From positions 1 to 56,125 of IMG/VR virus record IMGVR_UViG_3300045988_020923: a stretch of 56,125 nt of DNA. The stretch is one strand, 5' to 3'. Below the pieces are notes generated by a model. That model was given only the letters and a program-made list of their open reading frames with translations, ran no database searches and had not been told where the DNA came from. Below, one piece after another: positions 18,939 through 26,475 of this stretch; positions within the stretch are counted from its first letter, which is position 1; each line of letters opens with the position of its first letter. The DNA comes from a virus. A program made the translations under genes and the position numbers.

Positions 18939-19181
18939 TTAATACCTCGTGTTCCACCGCTTTACAAGCGTTGCTCGTCCATCATCTAAAACTTCAAGAA
19001 CGCCATCGTAATTAAAACTGTAATATGCTTCTTCTTTCATCATATTGCATTTACATTTCTGACAAAAAATAGTCCAAACAGTTTTATAAGACATTCCGCT
19101 ATTGCTTTTACGCAATCCATCATGGCTTATTCTAACATTTTCTCCGCAAAACGGACATGGTTTCAATTCGCGTTCTTCCAT
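18939..19181 (-). CDS. Lar-family restriction alleviation-like protein
   Basis: The LKPCPFCG start and C-terminal RWNTR are the hallmark ends of the Lar family. Confidence 0.7.
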   Translation of the reverse strand: MEERELKPCPFCGENVRISHDGLRKSNSGMSYKTVWTIFCQKCKCNMMKEEAYYSFNYDGVLEVLDDGRATLVKRWNTRY

Positions 19182-19184
19182 ACG

Positions 19185-19757
19185 TCAATCCTCCAAGAAA
19201 TCCTCCAACTCAATCTTCCCATCTGCCGCTGCAACTGCCAGAGCGTACACGAACTGTCCAATCGTCATGCCGTGTCGCCTTGCTTCACGGTTGATATACT
19301 TGCGCTCTTCCTCGCTCATAAGGATGGTAATGCGCTTTGAACGCTTACCGTCACCGCTTGCAACACCCTGATGCGATACTGGCATCGGAATTTTTTTCTT
19401 TGTCAAGCCAGCTTCGGCAAGTGCGCTGGGAACATCGCCTTGTTCGATAAGACGTTGAACTTCTTTCGCCTGTTTCAGCTTCTTTGGCTTACTTTCGCTT
19501 ACTACGGCATTGTTTGGCTGTGTTTCGCTGTCTTTGGCTTGCTTCGGCTTAATACTGCTTAACTGTGTTTCACTGGGCTGTGTATGGCTGTCTGTGGCTT
19601 CACTGGGCTTAATCTGTGCTTGCTCGGCTTCGTTTGGCTTTGCTTGGCTTACTTCTTCTTCCTTCGGCTCACTTCGGCTTAATGGCTGCTCCGAAAAAAT
19701 AGGCTGAAAATCAAACCCGCCAAGCAAGCCTGTGGATTTTTTGCTGGTTGATTTCAT
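19185..19757 (-). CDS. Ribbon-helix-helix ParG-like centromere-binding protein candidate
   Basis: C-terminal KRITILMSEEERKYINREARRHGMTIGQFVYALAV is RHH-like. It lies downstream of parA. ATG 19757 is coupled (ATGA) to the upstream gene. The N-terminal half is a 10-aa periodic repeat. Confidence 0.6.
   Translation of the reverse strand: MKSTSKKSTGLLGGFDFQPIFSEQPLSRSEPKEEEVSQAKPNEAEQAQIKPSEATDSHTQPSETQLSSIKPKQAKDSETQPNNAVVSESKPKKLKQAKEVQRLIEQGDVPSALAEAGLTKKKIPMPVSHQGVASGDGKRSKRITILMSEEERKYINREARRHGMTIGQFVYALAVAAADGKIELEDFLED
19461..19690. repeat. About 23 tandem copies of a 10-bp unit (plus-strand consensus TNTTTGGCTT) inside the ParG-like ORF
   Basis: 13 of 23 consecutive 10-nt blocks carry GGCT at the identical phase; the others carry CGCT, AGCT or TGCT variants. 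Confidence 0.8.
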
Positions 19758-20149
19758 TCTTCTTCCTCCCAATCTTCATCAAGGTCAGGAACGGTCGGCA
19801 ACGGCATCCAGTGAGTTATATTATGCGGCTTTCCGCTTTTGTCCCGCCATTCCTTAAAATCTTCTTCATAGCCTACAATTTCTACATCGTATTCGTCTTT
19901 GCTAAACCCGATAACGTATGGGTTTAGTTCATCTGGCATTTCATCTTCTGATTTCGCCCATTGATTATTTGCAAGCTCTTTCTGCCACTTTTTGCAATAC
20001 TTTTCAGCTAGATACCACTGAGAATGAAACGCCATTTCTTTCTCTTTATCGGAAAGGTCATTAAATGAAAAACCAAAATTGATAACGTAGACTTGCTCCG
20101 TGTCATCAACACAAGTTGCATTCAAAAGATGTGGGTACAAATCGCTCAT
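19754..20149 (-). CDS. Hypothetical protein with DUF551-like C-terminus
   Basis: 131 aa; NITHWMPLPTVPD motif; coupled to parA (overlapping stop and start). Confidence 0.5.
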   Translation of the reverse strand: MSDLYPHLLNATCVDDTEQVYVINFGFSFNDLSDKEKEMAFHSQWYLAEKYCKKWQKELANNQWAKSEDEMPDELNPYVIGFSKDEYDVEIVGYEEDFKEWRDKSGKPHNITHWMPLPTVPDLDEDWEEEE

Positions 20150-20916
20150 TTTTCTTCCCCCTTTACAATTTTCTGTGCCAACGCCTTGAAATCCTCTGCA
20201 CTGGTACTCTTTGCCGTGTCACCGCTAAACAAGCTGTGCCGTTCTGCCTGTGCCTTACGAACGCCCATAGACGGTCTAATCTTCACATCCAGCAGGGTTG
20301 TTCCCATGCTCTGCGCAATCACAGGAAGCTGCTCTACAACCTCTTTGGACAGGTTCTCGCGGCTCTTGTACTGGTTCAGAAGCAGACCTTCAATCTTCAA
20401 AGTCGGATTGAAGTATCTGCGGACATCGCCGATAGTCTGCGAAAGCTGGCTCAAACCAGCCAGTGCGTATCGGTCTGCTGTGATGGGAACGATGATGCTG
20501 TTGGCGGCGATCAGTGCGTTCACAAGCGCAAGACCAAGCTGCGGTGGAGTGTCCAGCACAATGTAATCGTACTGCCCGGACACGCTTTCAAGGGCTTCTC
20601 GCAGCCGGAAGTTCTTGCCCATGTCCCGGACAAGCTGCTCGTCAATGTCCTTCAATGCGTTGTCGGACGGAAGAATGTCACCAGCTTCACAGTGCTGGAT
20701 TCCTTCTTCGACTGTTCCTTGCCGGGTCATCACATCAAACAGGGTGCATACGTCCTCTGTCTGTGCGCCGTATGTGTCCGTCGCGTTGCACTGGGCATCG
20801 CAGTCCACCAGTAGGACTTTCTTGCCAAGCAGCTGCAATGCACCAGCCAGACAGGTGCTTGTGGTGGTCTTTCCTGTGCCGCCTTTCTGGTTGGCGACAG
20901 CTATGATTTTTGCCAT
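20146..20916 (-). CDS. parA: ParA-family partition ATPase
   Basis: Deviant Walker A motif (KGGTGKTTTS in IAVANQKGGTGKTTTS); 256 aa typical length. Confidence 0.9.
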   Translation of the reverse strand: MAKIIAVANQKGGTGKTTTSTCLAGALQLLGKKVLLVDCDAQCNATDTYGAQTEDVCTLFDVMTRQGTVEEGIQHCEAGDILPSDNALKDIDEQLVRDMGKNFRLREALESVSGQYDYIVLDTPPQLGLALVNALIAANSIIVPITADRYALAGLSQLSQTIGDVRRYFNPTLKIEGLLLNQYKSRENLSKEVVEQLPVIAQSMGTTLLDVKIRPSMGVRKAQAERHSLFSGDTAKSTSAEDFKALAQKIVKGEEK

Positions 20917-20931
20917 TTTATCACTCTTTCT

Positions 20932-21123
20932 TTATTCTTTCACTGGTTCAGGCATCGGCATCCAATGGGTGAATTTCTGATATTTTGTCCTCCACCAACA
21001 TTTCCCATTCCATTGAGCCGTAATCGTATGCGTTCCACAGAAATAAGTCCCATTAGAAACGCAAGACACAAGATACGTTCCCGGTTCTTCTGGTAGCCTG
21101 TCTTTCACACTAATCCATTCCAT
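20932..21123 (-). CDS. DUF551-like protein
   Basis: 63 aa from MEWISVKDRLPEE with AAAGGAG RBS; C-terminal FTHWMPMPEP. Confidence 0.6.
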   Translation of the reverse strand: MEWISVKDRLPEEPGTYLVSCVSNGTYFCGTHTITAQWNGKCWWRTKYQKFTHWMPMPEPVKE

Positions 21124-21148
21124 TCTTTCTCCTTTTTGCATCATCTGC

Positions 21149-22261
21149 TCAATGTGCTGTATCTGACCACTTTTGCAATGCGTCAATCTCATAGAAAGCC
21201 GGAAGATACTCTTCAATCGCGCCGTCTTTCTTCAAGCTACCAATCAGATACCGCTTCGGGTGGTCAGGCCAAGGGTCACGGTTGATTGAAAGAATATCCG
21301 CACACGCAGCCTTTACGATGTCATAGACCGCATCTCTCCGCTTTGGCAGCTTGATAGATGGGTGCTCTTCCATCATCTTTACTTCGACAACCTTTGCAAC
21401 TTCGATGCACTCTTGAACGGATAGAGCATCGCACACAGACCAGTCGTACCCTTCGTATCCGCTTGTGCGGGACTTTCTGGCGGCTTTTTTGATTTCCGGC
21501 TTAGAATTATCCGCCTCACAATTAACCTCGCTAGAATCGGCATCTATGACGGGCTGCTTGGATTTGTACCCGAATCGAAACTCAACTGCTACTACCTTTC
21601 GCCCTGTGCAAATCTTCTCAAAGTCAACAACAATGTCTGAAACATTGCTGATCTCTTCCACTGCTGGTTCAAGAACTCTGCGGCGTAAAGCCCGGAAGTC
21701 GTCATAACTTGCATCGTTTGCCCCCAAGTGGTCACGCAGCTGTTTCAAACCAATCTTGTTCGATGTTAGAGAGCGATTCATCCAATCTCGAATCATGCTG
21801 TACATCAGAATAGATGCTTGCTGCTTCATCCCGATTGTATAGCGCAGACGGTATTTGACATAGCCGCTTCTTGCAATGTCGAAAAACACAGGCCGCAAGT
21901 CAGGATTACAGTTGATTGAAACGTCATAGGACAAGGATTCTCGATTGAACTTGACCTCTGCCTTTGTGAACAGCGGATACATCACATATTCTGTTCCATC
22001 TGCATTCAGTGGTACTGAAACCACGTTGCCCAAAAAGTGCTTAACCTGCGACTTCAAGTTCTTTGAATTGAGCTTCAAATCCAGCAGCTTGCAATATTCA
22101 GCCAGCGTAAACGACACGTTAGAGCTTTCGGGGTCTCTCGGATTGATACGGCTCAGATAGACCTCAAGCAGCCGAAGCTCGCCTGCTGTGTAGTCCGTAA
22201 ACTTCGCCCAAACCAATGCCTTGCTCTTTTCGACAAGGTTGTTTCCTGTTAATTCTGGCAT
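21149..22261 (-). CDS. Plasmid-type replication initiator (Rep_3/RepB-like)
   Basis: The N-terminal NNLVEKSKALVWAKFTDYTAGELRLLEVYLSRI pattern is typical of iteron-binding initiators; iterons lie immediately upstream. Confidence 0.75.
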   Translation of the reverse strand: MPELTGNNLVEKSKALVWAKFTDYTAGELRLLEVYLSRINPRDPESSNVSFTLAEYCKLLDLKLNSKNLKSQVKHFLGNVVSVPLNADGTEYVMYPLFTKAEVKFNRESLSYDVSINCNPDLRPVFFDIARSGYVKYRLRYTIGMKQQASILMYSMIRDWMNRSLTSNKIGLKQLRDHLGANDASYDDFRALRRRVLEPAVEEISNVSDIVVDFEKICTGRKVVAVEFRFGYKSKQPVIDADSSEVNCEADNSKPEIKKAARKSRTSGYEGYDWSVCDALSVQECIEVAKVVEVKMMEEHPSIKLPKRRDAVYDIVKAACADILSINRDPWPDHPKRYLIGSLKKDGAIEEYLPAFYEIDALQKWSDTAH

Positions 22262-22286
22262 TGCATCACCTCATTTCTTCTACCCT

Positions 22287-22315
22287 ATTATACCACTGTA
22301 TCGTGTACACGTCAA
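22287..22315 (-). promoter_or_regulatory. rep promoter (TTGACG-17-TATAAT, extended TG) with an iteron half-site in the spacer
   Basis: The minus strand reads TTGACGtgtacacgatacagtggTATAAT; the spacer contains TGTACACGAT. Confidence 0.55.
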
Positions 22316-22350
22316 TGATTCTGTACACAATTATTTTTCAACAATCGACT

Positions 22351-22455
22351 TCCACATTCTGTACACGATACTCCACTTTTTGTACACGATACCCTCCACT
22401 TCTTGTACACGTTCCTCCACTTTATGTACACAATGCTCCACTTTTTGTACACGTT
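22351..22455. repeat. Five direct iterons (TCCACTTTTTGTACACGNT), spaced 21/23/21/21 bp
   Basis: Copies start at 22351, 22372, 22395, 22416 and 22437. Confidence 0.85.
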
Positions 22456-22505
22456 CTTACTATATATATAAACAAGAGATAAACAAGAGATAAATAATCA
22501 TCATC
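22456..22505. other. AT-rich segment with AAACAAGAGATAAACAAGAGATAAA direct repeat (possible unwinding element)
   Basis: ctatatatataaacaagagataaacaagagataaataatc lies immediately after the iterons. Confidence 0.4.
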
Positions 22506-22630
22506 AAATAGTGACGACGATACATTTTCAACAATTTCTTCTCTTCAATGGGAAGATTGTGGAAAACGACAACTTCTTTTGCTGAATAAGAAACGTCCAT
22601 CAAGCCCTATAATCTATCTGACGGTTCTAT

Positions 22631-22819
22631 CGTGTACAGAAAATGGAGTGCAATCACACCAATAGGGGACGAATTGACAAGTCATGCTTTGATGAACGAA
22701 AATTTCACGCTAGTTCGTTAATTACATCCGAAAAAATCCACTATTTACGATTCTATGGGGGACAAAATGACAACCCAAAATCATATTTATAACAGGCCTA
22801 TTGTGTACAAAAAGTGGAG
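22631..22819. repeat. Two outlying inverted iteron copies plus two GGGGACNAAWTGACAA direct repeats
   Basis: Inverted iterons at 22631-22648 and 22802-22819; GGGGAC repeats at 22665-22680 and 22758-22773. Confidence 0.65.
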
Positions 22820-22861
22820 CGCGTCCCCCTGTATACCGCAAAAACTGCGATAATTCGACAA

Positions 22862-23455
22862 TCACCCGCTTATATTATTGGGATTCACAGTATAGGAATC
22901 GTTGGACTTCATAGCCGCTTCTGTTCCAGCGTCCTGCGCCTGATAGAGAATTTCCATCTTTGGGGCGGTTCCGTTCGGGTCTGGGTCTGTTCCGGTAGCC
23001 TGTGCCATCTCATAGCTACCAGACACCATCCGGCAGACAGAAACCCTGTCCTTCAGCGGTGTGTGGAGGTTTGCCAGAATCTCCGTCAGTACGCCGATGT
23101 GGTCTGAGCCGTGATCTCCGTACCTGATATACAGCAAGGCATCTATCTCATAGGAGGAGCACTCCATCATAGCATCTATGAGAATCCGCCGTTTCTCCAG
23201 ATCGGAAAGGCCGTCTTCCAAGTGTTCCAGCAGCCCTGGGTGAATGCAAGCGTCCATGTATCGAGCCACCGATACGCCGCAGCAGGTGAACCAGCGCATA
23301 GCCATCGGAAGGGAAATAGCTGCCAGACCTTGCTCCCAATTTGCTATCGTGCCACGATTCACGCCCATCCGTGCCGCCAATTTCTGCTGGCTCAATCCGG
23401 AACGCATTCGAGCTATTTCTAATGCTTTAGCTGTTCTTACTAAATATTCATCCAT
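22862..23455 (-). CDS. XRE-family HTH regulator with C-terminal domain (repressor-like)
   Basis: The MRSGLSQQKLAARMGVNRGTIANWEQG HTH motif; divergent from a plus-strand gene set. Confidence 0.75.
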   Translation of the reverse strand: MDEYLVRTAKALEIARMRSGLSQQKLAARMGVNRGTIANWEQGLAAISLPMAMRWFTCCGVSVARYMDACIHPGLLEHLEDGLSDLEKRRILIDAMMECSSYEIDALLYIRYGDHGSDHIGVLTEILANLHTPLKDRVSVCRMVSGSYEMAQATGTDPDPNGTAPKMEILYQAQDAGTEAAMKSNDSYTVNPNNISG

Positions 23456-23598
23456 AAATTCTCACCCTTTCAACAAAATCCGACAAAACTGCTGGATTCG
23501 ACAATCCAAAAAATGGAAAAAGCTGCTATGGAGAACCAACAGCAGCCCGTGTTATAACTGTACCATCGAAAAAAACAATCAAAACAGGAGGTAACAAC

Positions 23599-23670
23599 AT
23601 GATTATCATTGACGGTATGCCCGCATCTGAACCGAACGAAAACAAAACGCCGAAACCGTGGGAGGGTTAG
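23599..23670 (+). CDS. Mini-ORF (23 aa) with strong RBS
   Basis: ACAGGAGGTAACAAC-ATG; MIIIDGMPASEPNENKTPKPWEG. Confidence 0.25.
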   Translation: MIIIDGMPASEPNENKTPKPWEG

Positions 23671-23673
23671 TGT

Positions 23674-23877
23674 ATGAACCAGATTGACACCATGCTCATT
23701 CCCTATGCCCGACAGACCGCCTTAAAGCTGGTCTACAACCTTGCGAACAACGATGCTGATAAGTTTGCTTATGAAGAAGCAAAAAACGTTCTGGAACGCG
23801 CCGTAGCCGCCTTAGACGATGGGCGCGACCCGGCAGATAACATCGAACGCATTGACGGACAGCTTGTAGAACTGTGA
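23674..23877 (+). CDS. Hypothetical protein
   Basis: 67-aa ORF, GGGAGGG RBS. Confidence 0.45.
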   Translation: MNQIDTMLIPYARQTALKLVYNLANNDADKFAYEEAKNVLERAVAALDDGRDPADNIERIDGQLVEL

Positions 23878-23889
23878 AAGGAGAAGAAG

Positions 23890-24135
23890 ATGGACTTTAC
23901 GAATGGATTCTATAAAGTCGAAAACCCTGTCGTTCTTGAAGAAGTGAAAACTTTCCTCCAGTCAATGGAACGGCGTGGAGCAACCGTAAAAGACTTGGAC
24001 GATGCCATTGTGCAGCTAAACAATGTTTCGCACAGCATCAGCACGAACGCTCTCGTCAAAGCAAATGTGCTGGACGATTTACCGGATAATCCTTTTCGTT
24101 CCATGCTCAACGGAATGTTACAAAGCAAAGGGTAA
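23890..24135 (+). CDS. Hypothetical protein
   Basis: 81-aa ORF, AAGGAG RBS. Confidence 0.45.
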   Translation: MDFTNGFYKVENPVVLEEVKTFLQSMERRGATVKDLDDAIVQLNNVSHSISTNALVKANVLDDLPDNPFRSMLNGMLQSKG

Positions 24136-24246
24136 CTTAAATTTAATGTGGCTCTTAATCATTGTCATCGCAATTTTTGGCTTCCCTGATGTGAAGTAAT
24201 GGATGCGAAAAAAACGTTTGATTTTTACGAAGTTGTTAAAAATACA

Positions 24247-24274
24247 TTGACTTTACAACTAGAAGATGTATAAT
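24247..24274 (+). promoter_or_regulatory. Sigma-70-type promoter TTGACT-16-TATAAT
   Basis: Read directly: acaTTGACTttacaactagaagatgTATAATcg. Confidence 0.5.
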
Positions 24275-24321
24275 CGTATCAAATGAACATTCATTTTTAC
24301 CGATCGGGAGGATATGCCACA

Positions 24322-24423
24322 ATGAGTGAACAAGAAAGAGCCAAGATTGACCGATTTATCGAATGGCTGCTGGAACATCCAGAGAAGATTCCGGCGGCAA
24401 AAGAAGCAATAACCAATGTATGA
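24322..24423 (+). CDS. Small ORF (33 aa)
   Basis: GGGAGG RBS; MSEQERAKIDRFIEWLLEHPEKIPAAKEAITNV; followed by a terminator. Confidence 0.35.
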   Translation: MSEQERAKIDRFIEWLLEHPEKIPAAKEAITNV

Positions 24424-24424
24424 C

Positions 24425-24477
24425 AAAACCCCTTGCGCATAAGGCTACCGAAAGCCCGGCGCAAGGGGTTTTATTTG
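24425..24477. terminator. Bidirectional rho-independent terminator
   Basis: The stem AAAACCCCTTGCGC/GCGCAAGGGGTTTT. Confidence 0.7.
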
Positions 24478-24484
24478 TACCGGG

Positions 24485-24964
24485 TCAATCCTTACAGACT
24501 TTCATCAGTTTTAAGAACCGGCTAGAATCGGAATTTACAGTTTCGCTTCCGTGATGCCCATCTTCATACGTCACATAAAACGTGACGGTGGTTTTAGATT
24601 TTGCGGATGCTACACCGTAAACAGCACCGGGCAATCCGGCAATTGAACCGCCAACAGCGGAACGGAGTGCGGCGCTTCCGGCCTTCTTGCTTTCACCAGA
24701 GCCTACAATCTTTGCGGACACAGGTGTTTCGTACATTTTTGTTTTGAGCTTTTCTCTTTCAAGAAACATATTGTATCCGCGTTTACCTTTTATCAACATC
24801 ATAGCCCCAATGGCTGCAACGATTAAAAAGGCGGTCGAAGAATACACAAGGAAAATAAATGAAGCAACCAAGAAAAGCGCACCGAAGGCAAATGAAAACC
24901 TATCACCCATGTGAGAACTTTTGTCGTTCAGCAGTTCTTCTTTGCTAAATTTCTTTTTGCCCAC
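24485..24964 (-). CDS. Two-TM membrane protein co-transcribed with the repressor (superinfection exclusion candidate)
   Basis: 159 aa; hydrophobic FAFGALFLVASFIFLVY and AFLIVAAIGAMMLI segments; 9 bp downstream of the HTH gene. Confidence 0.55.
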   Translation of the reverse strand: MGKKKFSKEELLNDKSSHMGDRFSFAFGALFLVASFIFLVYSSTAFLIVAAIGAMMLIKGKRGYNMFLEREKLKTKMYETPVSAKIVGSGESKKAGSAALRSAVGGSIAGLPGAVYGVASAKSKTTVTFYVTYEDGHHGSETVNSDSSRFLKLMKVCKD

Positions 24965-24973
24965 GCCATCACC

Positions 24974-25303
24974 TCACATAGTTCTGATAAGCTTCATCAA
25001 AGCTTCACGCTTTTCTTTCGGCATCTCCACTAGCTTCTGCTCAATCCATTTAATATCCGCGTCAACTTCGCTTTGCGGCTGCTGTGGCGGGTTTTCTTTT
25101 TGCTCGCCAGAAACCAAAGCATCCACGCTTGTTTCAAAATAAGAAGCTATCTTATCAAGCGTTTCATATTTCAATGTTTGCTTTCTCCCGTTCTTCAAAT
25201 CGGTCAAAGACCCACGGCTTGCGCCCGATTCCTTGCACATAGTGGTCACGTTTACTCCACGCTGCTTGCAGAGCTTTTCAATATTTTCGTACAAGTTTGC
25301 CAT
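24974..25303 (-). CDS. XRE-family CI-like repressor
   Basis: 109 aa from MANLYENIEKLCKQRGVNVTTMCKESGASRGSLTDLKNG (HTH); divergent from a Cro-like gene across an operator-rich region. Confidence 0.75.
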   Translation of the reverse strand: MANLYENIEKLCKQRGVNVTTMCKESGASRGSLTDLKNGRKQTLKYETLDKIASYFETSVDALVSGEQKENPPQQPQSEVDADIKWIEQKLVEMPKEKREALMKLIRTM

Positions 25304-25337
25304 AATTCCAGTCCTCGCATTGTAAGGTTTGCTGAAA

Positions 25338-25412
25338 TTACGCGAACGCTTAAAAAGGCCTTGCATTTTACGCGAAAGCGTATTATACTAAGACCGTACC
25401 GCGAAGGCGTAA
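25338..25412. promoter_or_regulatory. Three 16-bp palindromic operators (TTACGC-N4-GCGTAA type) spaced 30 and 29 bp
   Basis: TTACGCGAACGCTTAA at 25338, TTACGCGAAAGCGTAT at 25368, TACCGCGAAGGCGTAA at 25397. Confidence 0.6.
25361..25389 (+). promoter_or_regulatory. Candidate rightward early promoter TTGCAT-17-TATACT overlapping the middle operator
   Basis: Read directly. Confidence 0.45.
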
Positions 25413-25479
25413 TGAATGATTTCTAGCAACTTCATTATATTACACTTATGCGTAAAAATCAATAGCCGGAGGTGAAATA

Positions 25480-25701
25480 ATGGCTGAAAAAAAACCTCTG
25501 TGTGACTTTGGCAAACAAATCGAGATTGCTCTTATCCAAAAAGACAAGACCAACGACTGGTTGATTGAAAAAGTCAAGGAGGATACTGGACGATATTTTG
25601 ACCGCTCTTACCTCTTCAAGGTTAAGACCGGAAAGCTGGAAACGCCCGGAATCAAGAAAAGCATCTGCCGGATTTTGAATATTCAGGATTCGGGAGCATA
25701 A
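25480..25701 (+). CDS. Cro-like early regulator candidate
   Basis: 73 aa, GGAGGTG RBS, first gene of the rightward operon opposite the repressor. Confidence 0.5.
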   Translation: MAEKKPLCDFGKQIEIALIQKDKTNDWLIEKVKEDTGRYFDRSYLFKVKTGKLETPGIKKSICRILNIQDSGA

Positions 25702-25714
25702 GAAAGGAGAGAAA

Positions 25715-26473
25715 ATGGCAAACATTCAAATTTTTGAATATCAGAACAACAAGGTTCGCACGGTCGATGTGGACGGCGAAGCGTGGTTCGTTCTGAAAGA
25801 TGTGTGCGCTGTGCTTGGTATTAGCAATAACCGTATGGCTGCTGACCGATTGGATGATGACGAAAAGGGTGTCAGCCTGATTGACACCCTTGGCGGAAAA
25901 CAGGAAATGGTAATTGTCAACGAGAGCGGTTTGTATCATGTCATTCTTCGCAGCGACAAACCAGAAGCGGCTCCTTTCCGCAGATGGGTTACGAACGATG
26001 TACTTCCTGCAATTCGCAAGACTGGAAGCTACAACGCACCGCAGCTTACCCGGTCGCAGCTCCTTGCAACTGCACTGATCGCAGCGCATGAGGAACTGGA
26101 AGAGAAAGACAAGCAGATTGAGACCATGAAGCCGAAAGCGCTGTTTGCTGACGCTGTGAGTGCTAGCAAAAAGAGCATTTTGGTTGGCGAAATGGCGAAG
26201 CTGCTGTCTCAGAACGGCATTGACATCGGTCAGAACCGTTTGTTCGACTGGCTGCGCCGGAACGGCTATCTCATTAAAGACCCGAAACGTAGCGATTACA
26301 ACTTGCCAACGCAGCGGAGTATGGAGATGGGGCTGTTTGAAATCAAAGAAACCACGATTCAGCACAGCGACCACATTTCCATTAACCGCACTCCTAAGAT
26401 TTCCGGTCGCGGCCAAGTCTACTTTGTAAATCTCTTCTTGAAAGAAAAGAAGAACCAGAAAGCGGAGGGGTAA
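25715..26473 (+). CDS. Antirepressor (Bro-N domain plus KilAC/ANT C-terminal domain)
   Basis: N-terminal FEYQNNKVRTVDVDGEAWFVLKDVCAVLGI...FRRWVTNDVLPAIRKTG is a classic Bro-N pattern. Confidence 0.8.
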   Translation: MANIQIFEYQNNKVRTVDVDGEAWFVLKDVCAVLGISNNRMAADRLDDDEKGVSLIDTLGGKQEMVIVNESGLYHVILRSDKPEAAPFRRWVTNDVLPAIRKTGSYNAPQLTRSQLLATALIAAHEELEEKDKQIETMKPKALFADAVSASKKSILVGEMAKLLSQNGIDIGQNRLFDWLRRNGYLIKDPKRSDYNLPTQRSMEMGLFEIKETTIQHSDHISINRTPKISGRGQVYFVNLFLKEKKNQKAEG

Positions 26474-26475
26474 AC

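Noticed and set aside
24147-24200. 17-aa hydrophobic mini-ORF (MWLLIIVIAIFGFPDVK)
   Set aside because: It has no RBS and is very short, so it is probably fortuitous.
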